The notes under the pieces: generated by a model
The model's database searches: none
What the model was told of the DNA's origin: nothing
The model's input: only the letters and a program-made list of their open reading frames with translations
Made by a program: the position numbers and the translations under genes
Shown here: positions 31,999 to 44,900 of the stretch, in pieces
Numbering within the stretch: the stretch's first letter is position 1
Layout of the letters: the number at the start of each line of letters is the position of its first letter
DNA from: Bugula neritina
Lineage: Eukaryota > Animalia > Bryozoa
Length of the DNA: 64,000 bases
Reading direction: 5' to 3'
NCBI GenBank assembly: GCA_964035545.1
Contig: OZ037766.1
Span: forward strand, 29,142,640-29,206,639

Positions 31999-33126
31999 AT
32001 CTCGAAGAGGCGAGAATGTTTTTTTGACCTGTTCACAGACAAAATATATTTAGAATATTTATTTTTAAAAAAAATATAAATAATTTAGAAACTGGTTCAA
32101 AAGCTTTTTTTTATTGCTACAATATTTTTTCGATTATAAAAAATACTTTTCAGATACCAAATATAGAGTTATCTTTTCTACTAAAATAATTATCTGGCAT
32201 GCACACTGAATAAGTAAGAAATATTTTCTACATGTCACAAATTTCCATTTGGCAAGAACAGAAATCCAATACTAGTAAGCTTTTCCGAACTGTCAAGTAT
32301 TGCTCAAAGTTGATGCATAGTTGTTTTGGGAAAGAAATTGCTGTGTGTATTTGCATCTGTTTTTGGCAATATAGTATAAAGTCTCAATGATTTTGTTTCA
32401 ATTAAAAGAAGTTATTTTATGTTGCATGTTTATGATGAGCAAAAGATTCCCGCTGATCAATTTTATAAATAAATATGCATTGCAGATTTATTATTGCAAA
32501 GCCAATTAGCTGTGCATAAATTTGAGCATTATTAGCTTGTGTAAATAATAAATAATAAATTATTCAGTGTGTCTATTATTTTGCATAGTTTCGATGGAGG
32601 TATAGTGGATAATTTTGCTTGAAATTATGAGTTTTACTTCCTGCAGTTCTAATTTGTTGAATGAGTTTTAAGCATCTTTATGGGATGTACATGTTGCATG
32701 CACTTGTATAAGTATATCTGAATAAACCATATGTACACACCATTAGTTCATAATTGTCGTGTTATTAAAATATGAGTATACATAAGTCAAAGATGTATCA
32801 GTTGTAGAAACTGTATTTTATAAGTTTAAACCACCAAAATATTCCATGATGGCATACAGCAATAAATCAATTCATATAATCATTTTATGAACAAAAATAA
32901 TATTTACTATGCTCAAAAATAAAGAAAATGTTGCAATAATATTATGTTAAATATATCAGATAATTAACAACTGGCTTGTAAAAATAAAGGTTAATTAAAT
33001 TATTAGAGTTTTAAGCATCGCAAACTAAAATAATAGTTAATAGTCTGAAAAAACAAATGGCATACACTAATATAATATGTATATATACTCTGGAGGGAGG
33101 CATTGTATGTATATATACTCGGCCCA

Positions 33127-34260
33127 TTAGTCAGATTTGCATGAGTTGCACACAATTAAGTTGATGAGTCTCCTTCTCAAACTTAGCCGCCTCTTTTCTT
33201 TTACCTGAGCTGTCTGAGCTACCTGGGCAACCTGAGCTTCCTGAGCAACCTGAACTACCTGTGCTACCTGAGCTGCTTGAGTGTCAAGTTTATCTGTAAA
33301 AATAAAAGTGTCTGTTAAAATTATTTATGCCCATTAATGATATATATTACTCAAAAGCATAATAGACATGTTCATTTGAATATGGCAAGGTATATAGACT
33401 TTAATATTCACCTATTAAATCTATCACCACAAAAACATAGCTCATTACAAACATATAATATTTCACTTACAGTATACACTCCTGCAGTCACTCATGCTCT
33501 CATCAAGCTGAAAGTTTGTGCCAATCATATCTTCACTTGTTAATGTCTCAGCTCTGTTGTATCTAATGATTTTGTCAGGTAGCTCTTCTACTCTTTGTGA
33601 TAGGTCAATGAATATATCACTAACACTCCTTATAGGTCGCTTTCCTTTCGTTTGGTGCTCAGCTGAAGTTGGAGAAGTGGCGAGTTGGTCGTCTGAGACA
33701 GTTTTGATTTCTGCATTCACTGCGGGCTTAGTACTTTTTTCTCCAACCTGAACATCAGCCACTGCTGCCACCGGGCTTGGTCTTATAATCTTATTCTCCA
33801 CCTCATACTTGATTGATCTTTCTATGAAGTTGCAGTAAATTCTTTGAAATACAATCCTCAGCTCATTGTCAGAGTCAGTAAGACTCACCAGCTTTGGATT
33901 ATTTTCCACATCCTCATTCCTTATTCGAGACTTCGTTTTAGTCATTTGGTGCGTGCTGCAAAGATATTATATTAATTTTATTACAATCATGGTGCTGCAA
34001 CTCCAAAATTAATATTTTGTATTTTTATTGAAGTTGTAATGTTCAAAGCATAATATAAATAAGGTTGAATAATAAATGACTCAAATTTAAATATAACTAT
34101 TAAAGGGATGGTTGTACTTTGATAATTTATGTATATAGTAATATGATCATAGTACATAGTGCACTTACCTAGAAGTAGTGATACGATAGTACATGACCAT
34201 TAAAAACATTAGCCAAAATAACTGGCTGCAAAGTCCTTCTTCATATATCAAGACTTCCAT
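33127..34260 (-). CDS. Uncharacterised 247-aa protein with an N-terminal hydrophobic segment and (A/V)QV repeats. Exons 34260-34169, 33955-33471, 33293-33127
   Basis: Canonical gtaagt donors and cag acceptors, all phases match, open throughout: MEVLIYEEGLCSQLFWLMFLMVMYYRITTSS...QAAQVAQVVQVAQEAQVAQVAQTAQVKEKRRLSLRRRLINLIVCNSCKSD*. Confidence 0.75.
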
Positions 34261-34473
34261 AGTTTTACAAGCTTCGGTTATAAACTGTGTACAGTAAGTT
34301 TGCTTAGTAAGACACTCTGTTGACCGTAAAATCTAAATACGTTGTGTCAGCGTTATGTCATCAACGATTGTCTTTCTTAATGTTAGAACTTGATGGAATT
34401 TGCACTGTGCAGTTTTTATATAGGTTATATAAGTCCAGTTATTTAATTTGTTGTACAACTCATTGTTTTTTAG

Positions 34474-34478
<5 letters not shown>

Positions 34479-34557
<79 letters not shown>
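34479..34557. repeat. (TA)n microsatellite
   Basis: Visible. Confidence 0.97.
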
Positions 34558-35797
34558 GTAATATTAAAAGAAGACAACTTTAAGAATGTGAAAAAAGTGC
34601 TTTTTCAGACACAATACAGTCTTATAAGACAAATGGTTATACATGTAATATAATATTTCAGCATGTGTATATTATAATATGATTACAGCTATATCAAACA
34701 AGCTGTGTGCACTATAGTAAATATTATATGATATACTTTGTAACTGCAAGCGAGTGTAGACTCACACACTTGAAAGTGTAAATTGATCCAGTTTTCCCTT
34801 GAAAAGAATTGATGCTTATCTGAAGCTAATACAGCTTAAGCTATGCTGATCAGCTGAGAAACTTATATTCATTTAAATCCATAATTAAGTTAAAAGTTGT
34901 AGAGTTTGTAAATCTCTGCTTATATATTCTATAAAGTAAAATATTCATTAATGTTTACAGAAAAACCCTTGATAACATGTAGATTCTTCTGAAAGTATAT
35001 ATAAATTTTATTATTTTTATATAAGTAATTCTCACAACAAATAAAATATTGCTATATGTTAGCTTTTAACCTGGTAAACAATCACTTAATTAATCACATA
35101 TGCTTATAAACGTAAGAATTCACACAATTTAATTATAAAATGTTTTAAAAATTAAAGCTAAATTAGCAATGTTTTATAGTGCTATCTTTAAAGCTTTCGC
35201 CATAAATAGTCAGTAGTTTGTGGAAATATTTTTAAAATCACCCGACAACTTGACGAATATGGTTATAGTGAGTTTAAATTTATTTTATTAAATTCATAAA
35301 TAATATGTTACTACGTAGCTCTTTGCTTTTAACTAAACTGTAATATATGATCTACTTGACAAGATATGGGGAATAGTATCAACAGCATGAGTTTATATGC
35401 ATGGCTAAAAAATAAATTGTTTTACGCAAGTCATTTTGCAAACAATATTTACGCTGCTAACATATATTATACTAATAATAGATCAATATGTTTTAAAATT
35501 CTGCATAGATGGCAGTTTAAAAAGTCCTAAATGGAATCTATATAATTAAAGCTGCTTCTAAAGCCATATCAACATTCTACATGCCTCAACAACACTTTTT
35601 AGGTAGAAAAATAGTTATAATTGTTGAATTCTCGTCTTATAACTTAAATAGAAATAACGTGGGTGTTCAGGTTTATTACAACAAGTTATGGATTATAAAT
35701 CGATATCTAGTATTAATTATAACAGCAGACGGCTGGTCGAAAGAAGAGAATATAACTCCTGCTAGTAGCTGCAACTCACGCTTTATCTAAACAAGGC

Positions 35798-35860
35798 AAC
35801 CAATCACGTTCAAGTAAACTACCTCACTTCAGACGCAGCGCTTGTTTTGAAAACATGGCC
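35798..35860 (+). promoter_or_regulatory. Putative cell-cycle promoter of PLK4 (CCAAT box; GC-rich CDE-like site, 4-nt spacer, CHR TTTGAA)
   Basis: CCAAT at 35800-35804; cagcgc-ttgt-TTTGAA at 35836-35851, about 130 nt before the ATG. Confidence 0.45.
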
Positions 35861-35978
35861 ACCTGGTTACAAACGAACAGCCAAGAACCTAAGATTTGGT
35901 TATACATAATTACAATGTATTATTAAGCATTTTAATACTATTTACCTTTATCAAAATTAATTTTACAAAGAAATTACA

Positions 35979-38900
35979 ATGGAGAAAAGCCTGCACTTAC
36001 TTGAGGTATTTAAATTACAGTAATTATATACTATAAGTATAATATTAATTTTAAACTAAAAGTAAAACTTGAACTTGAAGTAATTTACTTTTACTTTTAG
36101 TTTTTGTCTTTTAGTAGTGTGACTGTCTAAGTATTAACATTAGCGTTAGCTAATGTTAAATTGCATTAATGTTGTCACAAATATTTGGTCAAATATGATA
36201 TAGATATTTACCAAAATCGAGAGTGAACAGATCTTATCGGATTCCTAAATATTATAATTATTGTCAAACTGAAACTCAAATCATGATTAGTCAATGTGAA
36301 ATTTACGAAACCTAAGTAGAAAATGATGTTATAGATAGTAATTGTTAGTTAATAGAATAAAGATAGTCACACCAAGTATATCAATAAAATACAATTTATA
36401 GTCCAAAGATAGGAATTGGTGGTTGGTCTACTTGAAGGGACTCCATATTCACATTGTCAATTGCAGAAGTCTCAGTCTGAGTTTCAGTTGGAGTTTACAC
36501 TTATAGAGTTACACTCATAACTGATTGACACTAGACTACACACTTAAACTCTATGACTACTTCATTTGTGTACTAGTAAAATTACTCACAGTTTAACTCC
36601 TAGAAAATTCTAGTTAAATTTAAAAAATATGCAATGCATTTTTATTGCATATCTATATATATCTTATATGTAATTGAAACATTTGTTATGAGAAGGTGAG
36701 TTACTGGCGTGAGCTGTAGAGGCTACTAGTTTATTTGTTAGACCTGAAAGGAAATAATCATAGTGCAACAAATATAGCCAATACAGAGAGTTCCTCAAGT
36801 AGGCTAAGATGTACTTATTTATCTACTCATTTATTATGGCACAGTCATACTTATGTAGCGGGTTTAATGGAATATTTACACACTCATTTTTGGTGGTCAC
36901 ATTTTTTAATATCTTCCCATTTATAGTGTTAATTATCTAACTGTATAATCCCTTGCAAGTTGTTATCTGATAATTATGTTTTCTGCTTAGTTTCAATTTA
37001 GCTCTAGGCTTTGAGATAAAACTGGTTAGTATCTAGTTATTTACCTTGAATCTGTATGGGTTTGCATGTTGGGGATTTTACTTTTAGAACTACCAAATAT
37101 TAAATATGATTGGCCGAGGTGGATTTGCCAGCGTGTATAGAGCAAGGTGCCACTCAACTGGCAAAAATGTAGCTGTTAAAATTATTGACAAATCTCGAAT
37201 GAAAAGTAGTGGCATGCTGGAGAGAGTAAAGAAGGAAGTGGAAATACACTCCAGGTAATCACCAGTTGCAAAATTAATACAAAGTTTATTCACTTTTCAT
37301 ATATCAGATCGTGGTACCATTAGATTTTACCTGCTGTTTTAAACAAGTATTGTTAGGGGACTTTTCACCTATCCTGTTTAGATGAACATTTTTATACGTA
37401 AAGCTTTCTGTAGGTTGTTATAAATACAAAATTTTAGAAAAATGCAATGGCTTTGGTGTTGAATAAATGGTCTGATGCCGATGGGATTTTTCATGCCAGG
37501 AAGATTTCAATTTTGCCAGGACAAATTTTCTTCAATATATAGTTTATTATCATCTCATTACATGTGAATTAAATGTCAATAAAGTTTTTATCTTTTATGT
37601 TTTAGATTGAAGCATCCCTCTATACTTGAGCTGCATTCTTTTTGCGAGGATGCCAACCATGTTTATTTGATACTGGAGTTGTGTTCCCGGGGAGAACTGT
37701 ATTGCTATATTGAAGAGCAAGATGAACCCCTTTCTGAAAATAAAGGTAGATTTTATAATTAAGCTTTTGCTGTCTTAAAAATTTAGGCTGAGCTCTACGG
37801 TTATTTTCTTATCCTCTTAGATAGGTAGACAAGTGAAAAGAGTTATTATAAAATTATAATTAGTTAGACTTGTAGTTGCTGAATTCAAATACTCGTTGAT
37901 CAAGTGTGTAAGGTCTTGACAAGTGTTATGACTACTGAGGGTGGTTTGTCTAAGAGCAAATTTAATAATATTCACCGTCTTTGCATACATTGAAGTCAGC
38001 TAATATGCCTAATACAGTGATGAAAGTCAATGTGTTATTTTGCTATTACTATATTAAGAAAACAAGGGATCACCATCATTAAAACAAGATGAAACTACAC
38101 TACAAGTCATAAAACTCTGCATTAAGATGCATGTAATTGACTGTTGGATAGCTTACTACAGGTCCATTCGAATGGCTTATAATCAGTTAATTTCAATAAC
38201 ATTGAAACCAGAATTTAATGAAATACAGTTATGAATATTGATTGGTTTACCTCACCAGGTAACAAATGTGTGTAGCAGCACATTCTGTCATTGATGAAAG
38301 TGCAAATAATACCTTCTTTTGTAATTAGTATATGTTTGCTAGTCAATAAAAATCCAAACTTTTTCCATTGACAACTTGTTGAGTGGCTATCACTTCTCTA
38401 ATGCAGTGTAAATTTACAAACAGCTTTTAACACGTTCACCCATCTTATTCACACAAATAGTTGAATTAAACTGTTGACTCAGGTATTACAGCCAGATGTG
38501 TGATTGACAAATAATAATAACAATTAGCACAATATGCAAAATATATTTGCTAGATGTTCTCATTTGACTGTGTTGATCTTGTATTGTGGCTATCACGGTA
38601 TCCAGTGAGTGCAGTAGTGCAGTCATTTTTATAGCCTAAATTCTTTAGTTGTTTCAATAAATTTTGGTTTGAAACCTGTGCAATTGAAATTTTCTCGAGA
38701 ACATAACTTCTTTTGCTACAGGTTTTTCTCAATTTAGTCATTACTGTACCTAGTATGAGGTTTGTTTGTGAGAAATAATTTTAAAACTTTGAAGCTCTTC
38801 ACTGATTCATATTAATATATCACCCACTGCACTCACTTTACAAAAAAAAGACAAACTGCCTTGATTTAAAGAGCTGTTGAATAATTTTGTTACTTTTTTC

Positions 38901-41900
38901 TCTAAAGAGTTCATGTTTCAGTCAAATTTTCTCGTTATTCTCCTTCATATATCATCATGGATGTAAGTTGTTAACTAGTCAGCTTGAGTTTGAAGTACAT
39001 AACTTGGACCACAGCAGAACCTTACTTATTATCCAAGTATAGTTAGCTTGTAGTTCTATAAGAGACTGTATACCAGTATACCAAATGTCTATTAACTTAA
39101 ATACACTGTCTTTGTTTTATCAATAGAGTGCTGTCCCAAGGGTGTCAGCTTTGTTTATATCCTATTATAGACTTTGTTGTCAGTATTTGAATACATTTCA
39201 AGGTACAATATGTTTCAGCTTTTGCCAGTTTAATGTATGCATGTTAAACATTATATTCCTTATGCTTTGTTAGTCTTAGTTGAAGTCTATTTTGGTGCAT
39301 GAATTCTAATAGCTTTTTAAGCATTCGAATTTGCTTTTCAAGTTGTGTTCTTAAATTTTTTTCTTAAATTGACTTTAATATTAACTGCTAGCAAAAATCT
39401 GCAATTGATACCTTTTTCTTTGCAATATCATAATAATTAAAAGGCATTAATTGTTGTTCTTGTAAGGGTGGTGTTAAAGAAGCATTGAAATAATAAAATT
39501 GTCATTCATTCAACAGATCACAAAGCGTAGTAAAATTGGTCTATCTTCTTATTATTGTGTAATATAAATACATTATTGGCCAAAGTCTTTTGAAATTATT
39601 GGCTACTTTATAGTTTGGTGGTTTCATTTTATATGACCTTTGAAACGTTGTCTAAATATATAGTCCAGGTGTAGTGTATTAATATATAATCCTGGTGGAC
39701 TGCTAACACAGTTCTAATTGCTGCCCTAGTTTATCTGGGTGTTATCTTGCAGGTTATGCAGCTTTATATTTACATAGACAATAGTATATGTTGGATATAT
39801 TCTACATTATATTCTACTCTATATATTTTAGTCCGGGAATTTATGCACCAGATTGTGTCTGGTATCAAATATCTCCACACTCACAGCATCCTTCACAGAG
39901 ACCTTTCTCTCACAAACATGCTGCTGACAGATGACCTCAAGGTCAAAATTGCTGACTTTGGTCTAGCCGCCCAGCTGCGAGAGCCAGGAGAGCAGCACTA
40001 CACTCTCTGTGGAACCCCTAACTACATCTCCCCGTATGTAGCCTGCATACACACGGCAACTTGCCCAAGTCCTGTAGAGTGTAGAGTAGCACAATAATCT
40101 TTCTATATTGTATTGAAAACTTTTTCTTTAAAGGTGTTCACTGGATATTTTTTGAAATGGTCAACTTTTAAGGTATTTTTGCTGTCTGCAGCAATTTACT
40201 ATTAAAATTGACATTCTATAATTCATATACACACCATATATGTTGAATCTTATGTCATAGAATCGAAGGCAAACTCGTTTATTAACAAAAAACTTCTAAA
40301 CTATGCTAATAATGAATAAACAGCAACATCGAACCAAAGCTTACAAAATCAAGCGAAATTCAATAAAATTCAAATCTTTTTCTGTTCTGCTCCCAGAGCA
40401 AACCTATACCTGTTTTTAAGAGCAGTAGAACTGAGGTGTGGTGTAGACTATATAGCACTGGTGACACTGAATATTTCCTATATTGAAACAGGGAGGTGGC
40501 TGTGAGGGCCGCACATAGCCTAGAAACTGATCTATGGAGCTTAGGCTGTGTGTTCTACACCCTGTTGGTTGGTAAACCCCCATTTGACACTGAAGGAGCT
40601 CACCCAACTCTTAAGAAGGTTGTTATTGGAGAGTATGAGTTGCCTGCCCATGTCAGTGAGAATGCTCAGAACTTGATACAGGTAATCTCTTACTTGGAAT
40701 ATCCTAGAGCTGAATGAATATCTCTTGTCAGCAGACTTGAAGGCAGCAAATAATTGAACAAACAATAGAATATCCCTATTTCTTCATTATTTGATAATTT
40801 GTTCTCTTTAAGGTTCTACTAGAACTTTTTCTATGAAAGTTTAGATATCTGAGTTATAATTTCTTATATAAATTTTAAATTAAACTGGTTTTAGTTTTTG
40901 GTCAGCAATTGATTTTATTCACTTGAAACTTATACTTTCAGTCACTTCTGCAAAGGAAGCCTTCTGAGAGACTGAAGTTGGAGCAGATATTGGATCACCC
41001 TTTCTTCACAGAAGATGATCACTTGCAGGTTTGTGTCATGCAATCAGATCTTTTGTTTTATGTGTACGGCTCTGCTCCACACTCATTTATAACTATCTTA
41101 CATCACTTTGTAGAGCAAGCTACCATGGTTACTGGGCTAAACACATATGTGCTAAAACAACTCTGTCTAAGAAATAACTTGTATAAAGTAAATATAGGAT
41201 TTCTGAATATCTACCCAAGAGCTTACTTTTCCTTTATTATGTTTCAAATAAATGGAATACATAAAAATATCTTGTGTTGATGTAGTTCACTAAGTCCCTG
41301 TTTAATGAGTGGATAACTTCAACTTGTATTGTTACTTCTACAGAGAGCAAGTGAAGACAGTGCATATTGTACTCTGGACGATACTGCTAACACACCAACT
41401 ACAACAGCATTTTTGAAAAACACTCCAATAAATAAATTGGATACAGAAAACCATCCTATCAGCAAGCTGAATATAGATGATCAGCCAATCATACTGCATA
41501 AACCAGATTTCCCTATCAATGCCCAGCGAAAGATTATATTCTCACAAAATGATGAGAAAAAAATGACAGAGGATGTTCGTGAAGAGAAGATAGATGACTT
41601 ACTAGTTTCACAGACAAGCAGAGAAGCTTCATCTGCTGAGCTTACGGGTGCTGCTGCCGAGCTGACAGGTGCTGCTGAGATATTAGACAGTCGAGTGTGT
41701 GGTGGAGCTGAGAGAATGGCACCAGAATTTGTGTTGAAGCACCCTGCGGACATGGTATGGATTTTGAAATACTAGATCTAACTGTAAACACTCCATGGCT
41801 TTTTTATATTGTGTGACTTAAATTTTGTAATCTTTTTGACTCACAACTAATAGTCTTCAAAACATCTGATGGGGTTTCAAAAGTATTAGAGTTGCGCTAG

Positions 41901-44900
41901 AAGTGTGTTAGCTGTTGCATCATACTACTTTAGTACTAGTACTAGCTTACGCAAAGACTCTTCTCAAGGCACAAACTGTAAAATCTGCTGTTTAAAGTAG
42001 CGCATCTGTTGCAGAATACATATTCTAAACTTTTTAGGCTGCAGAAACAGCCAATTGTGTTCAGACTCAGGTGGGCAGCCCTCCTCTGGCTAAGAAGATG
42101 CAAATGAAGCGTGTTCAACACTTTCTGGCATGTTTCCAGCATCAGCATCTGGCAGATTACAACTACGAATCAGATTCTTCCAGGTGAGTGAAACTTTATG
42201 CTTACTGTGAAAGACTGAGCTCTAATATATGACAAACTGAGCTCTAATATATGACAAACTGAGCTCTAATATATGACAAACTGGGCTCTAGTATATCATA
42301 GACTGAGCTCTAGTATATCATAGACTGAGCTCTAGCATATCATAGACTGAGCTCTAGCATATCATAGACTGAGCTCCACAATGTTGTTTCATTACAGCAT
42401 ACTAAGCGATGACTCCGAACTCTCAGACTCGTCTTACCTTTCAAGTACCAACGCCATCATTTGCTCCCAACAAGGCTTTACCAGTGATACTCAAGCAGGA
42501 TTTCTCTCTGTATGCAGATATTCTAGTTCTGTGTTATAACTTTGTGTTTACTACTACTCTACTTTTCTTATCACATTATAGACAACATGAAAAATTCTTT
42601 GTCTCCTGTATTTAACCCATGTTTCCTTCACACTACTCTATTACTCACCTTTTCTGTTGTACAGACAACTCTACAGACCGGTGCAGAGGGGATATCCGGA
42701 AACATTGGAGAGCCTGGTATGACCTCAACACCAATAGTAGACCGTCCCACTAAATCTGGTTTCACTGAGGGTTTGTATTGTATATGAAATATTTCTCTAT
42801 GATTTGATTCCAATTCTATTTCACTATAAACGCTCATAATATGATGCTGCAAATTAAACTAGCACATTTTACTAGGGTGTAAAGTGTAAGATTTTAGTTC
42901 TGAATTTTTGCTGAGAGGCGTTTGATAGGCTGTAAAAAGATGTGTTTTGACTAAGCATGGAAATACTCACAATTGCTGTAGTGATGGAGAACACATTCTA
43001 AACTATGCATTATTAAACATTGATATCATTGATTTTAGCTGCGTTATAGAGAGTAAAGAAAAGTTTATTTTACCTGCAATAATTAGTATACATGTGTTAT
43101 ATAGAAAGTTTGAAATCAGCGGTGATTATAACACTTTTTTTTATAAAGGATACCTTTGTCAAAAAGTTTTCACCCTCTCAGACAAAATTTTTGCTCTAAA
43201 ATGTATATTTATTTTCATGTAGTGCTGTATTTTTCTGCTGTTTTCACCTCAAAAAACTTCACCTATTTGTTTCATAAAGCATTTCCTGTCCTGAACACCA
43301 GCATATTGAGAAAGACGACAGATTAAATTACCTGCATTTATTGCCAGTTTCCCAAGTTGCTTGTAGAAACTACCTATTCACCAAAAACAGGTTTTTTTCA
43401 AAGAATTGGTTGATATCTTCATATTTATAGCATTCTTGGAGTATTTTTTTTATAAAACTGACATCACAATCCAACATCTTGGTGCAGTCCACAGCTACAC
43501 AAGTTTATATGTGAATATCTAATCTGCTCATGTCTCTCAATCAACAGTTACTTGAGATATCTATTAATGCTTTGTATCCAGTTTACTACAGCGTCAGTGA
43601 CTTACATTGTTTATTCACACAGACTTGTCTATTGCATTCTAAACTAAATTGCACTCAAAAACATTCATCAACCCATTTCATATAAAAATGAATTGAGAAC
43701 TTTTGTTACACTATCAATAATTAAATTAGTAATAATGGAATAATATATTAGTATATTTGTAGTAGTGTTATTATTTACTAATGTTACAAAATATTGATTA
43801 ATTAATTTTTGTTTCTGTATATGATTGATTTTATTTTATCCTTTAGTCATTTTTGTATATCATTTATTGTTGTACAAACTTTTGCTTATTTTTCATGCTC
43901 TGACATTTCCAAATAAATTTAAAATGCTTGCAATAGTTGTTTCATTGAGGTTTTTGCTGAAGGTGGTAGCTTGGCAGGTCTGTGGTTTTGAATTAACTCT
44001 AATGTTTTGTTTACTGAAATTGATTGAATTGCTTTGAGCTTGTAATTCACTTGTTTGTATAAACATAACTTATAGCCACTCAACCGGCAGCTTTGGCCGA
44101 GTTTAAATTGAATGAGGGAGCAGACTGTCAGCTGGATAGAACCCCAGAGGCAGCAGCAGCAGACAGACATAGACTCCCCTCCTTCTTTGCAGACACGCTC
44201 CAGGCTCTGCAGGCCAGGTAAGGCATGCTTCACCATCCAATAGTCCCAATAGAGGTGTTTAGATATTTCTTAGTTTAGCTGTAACCTGTAGACTGCACTC
44301 TGTCTGGGACCTTTTATATAATTACGCATTTAGAATTATGTAAAATGTAAATATTGTGGATGTTTACAATGCAGATTAATTTTACTCGCAGTGTTGATTG
44401 TCTTCTATGTACTAGTAATTTGATTCACTGGTAAATATTTACAGTTCAGAAATCTACTTGAAAAGTTTCTTAATATTTTGAAAAAGTAAACCCTTAGCAT
44501 ATTTAGCTGTGACTGAAACATACTTCCTTTCTAATGTAGTGGTGGCGCAAAGCATTCCATGTGTTAGCTAGATAGCTTAGGTTTTTAAAAACATGCAGAC
44601 AGCTTTAAATAAAATACGTCAATCACTGCCAGTGTTAGTCTAGAAAATTCCTCAACTACATTTGTGTAATACTAATTTCATGATTTAAGACTGATTACTC
44701 ACTATCAGGTAAATGTGGTGCAACAACATTGCACTGGTAGTTGCTGCGTGGATGTGTTGCTACTTTCTATTTCAGTTTGTTTTACTTTAGATGCAAACTT
44801 TTTCTTGAGAAATGCAACACGCCATGCTCTCCAGCTAAGCAAAGAAGAACGGATTGCAGTGTGAAGCCTGATGACAATATGGCCACCCAGGGAGTGTTGC

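Noticed and set aside
42213-42376. Regular 21-bp repeats resembling a CRISPR array
   Set aside because: No unique spacers and no cas genes; it is an intronic minisatellite in a eukaryotic gene
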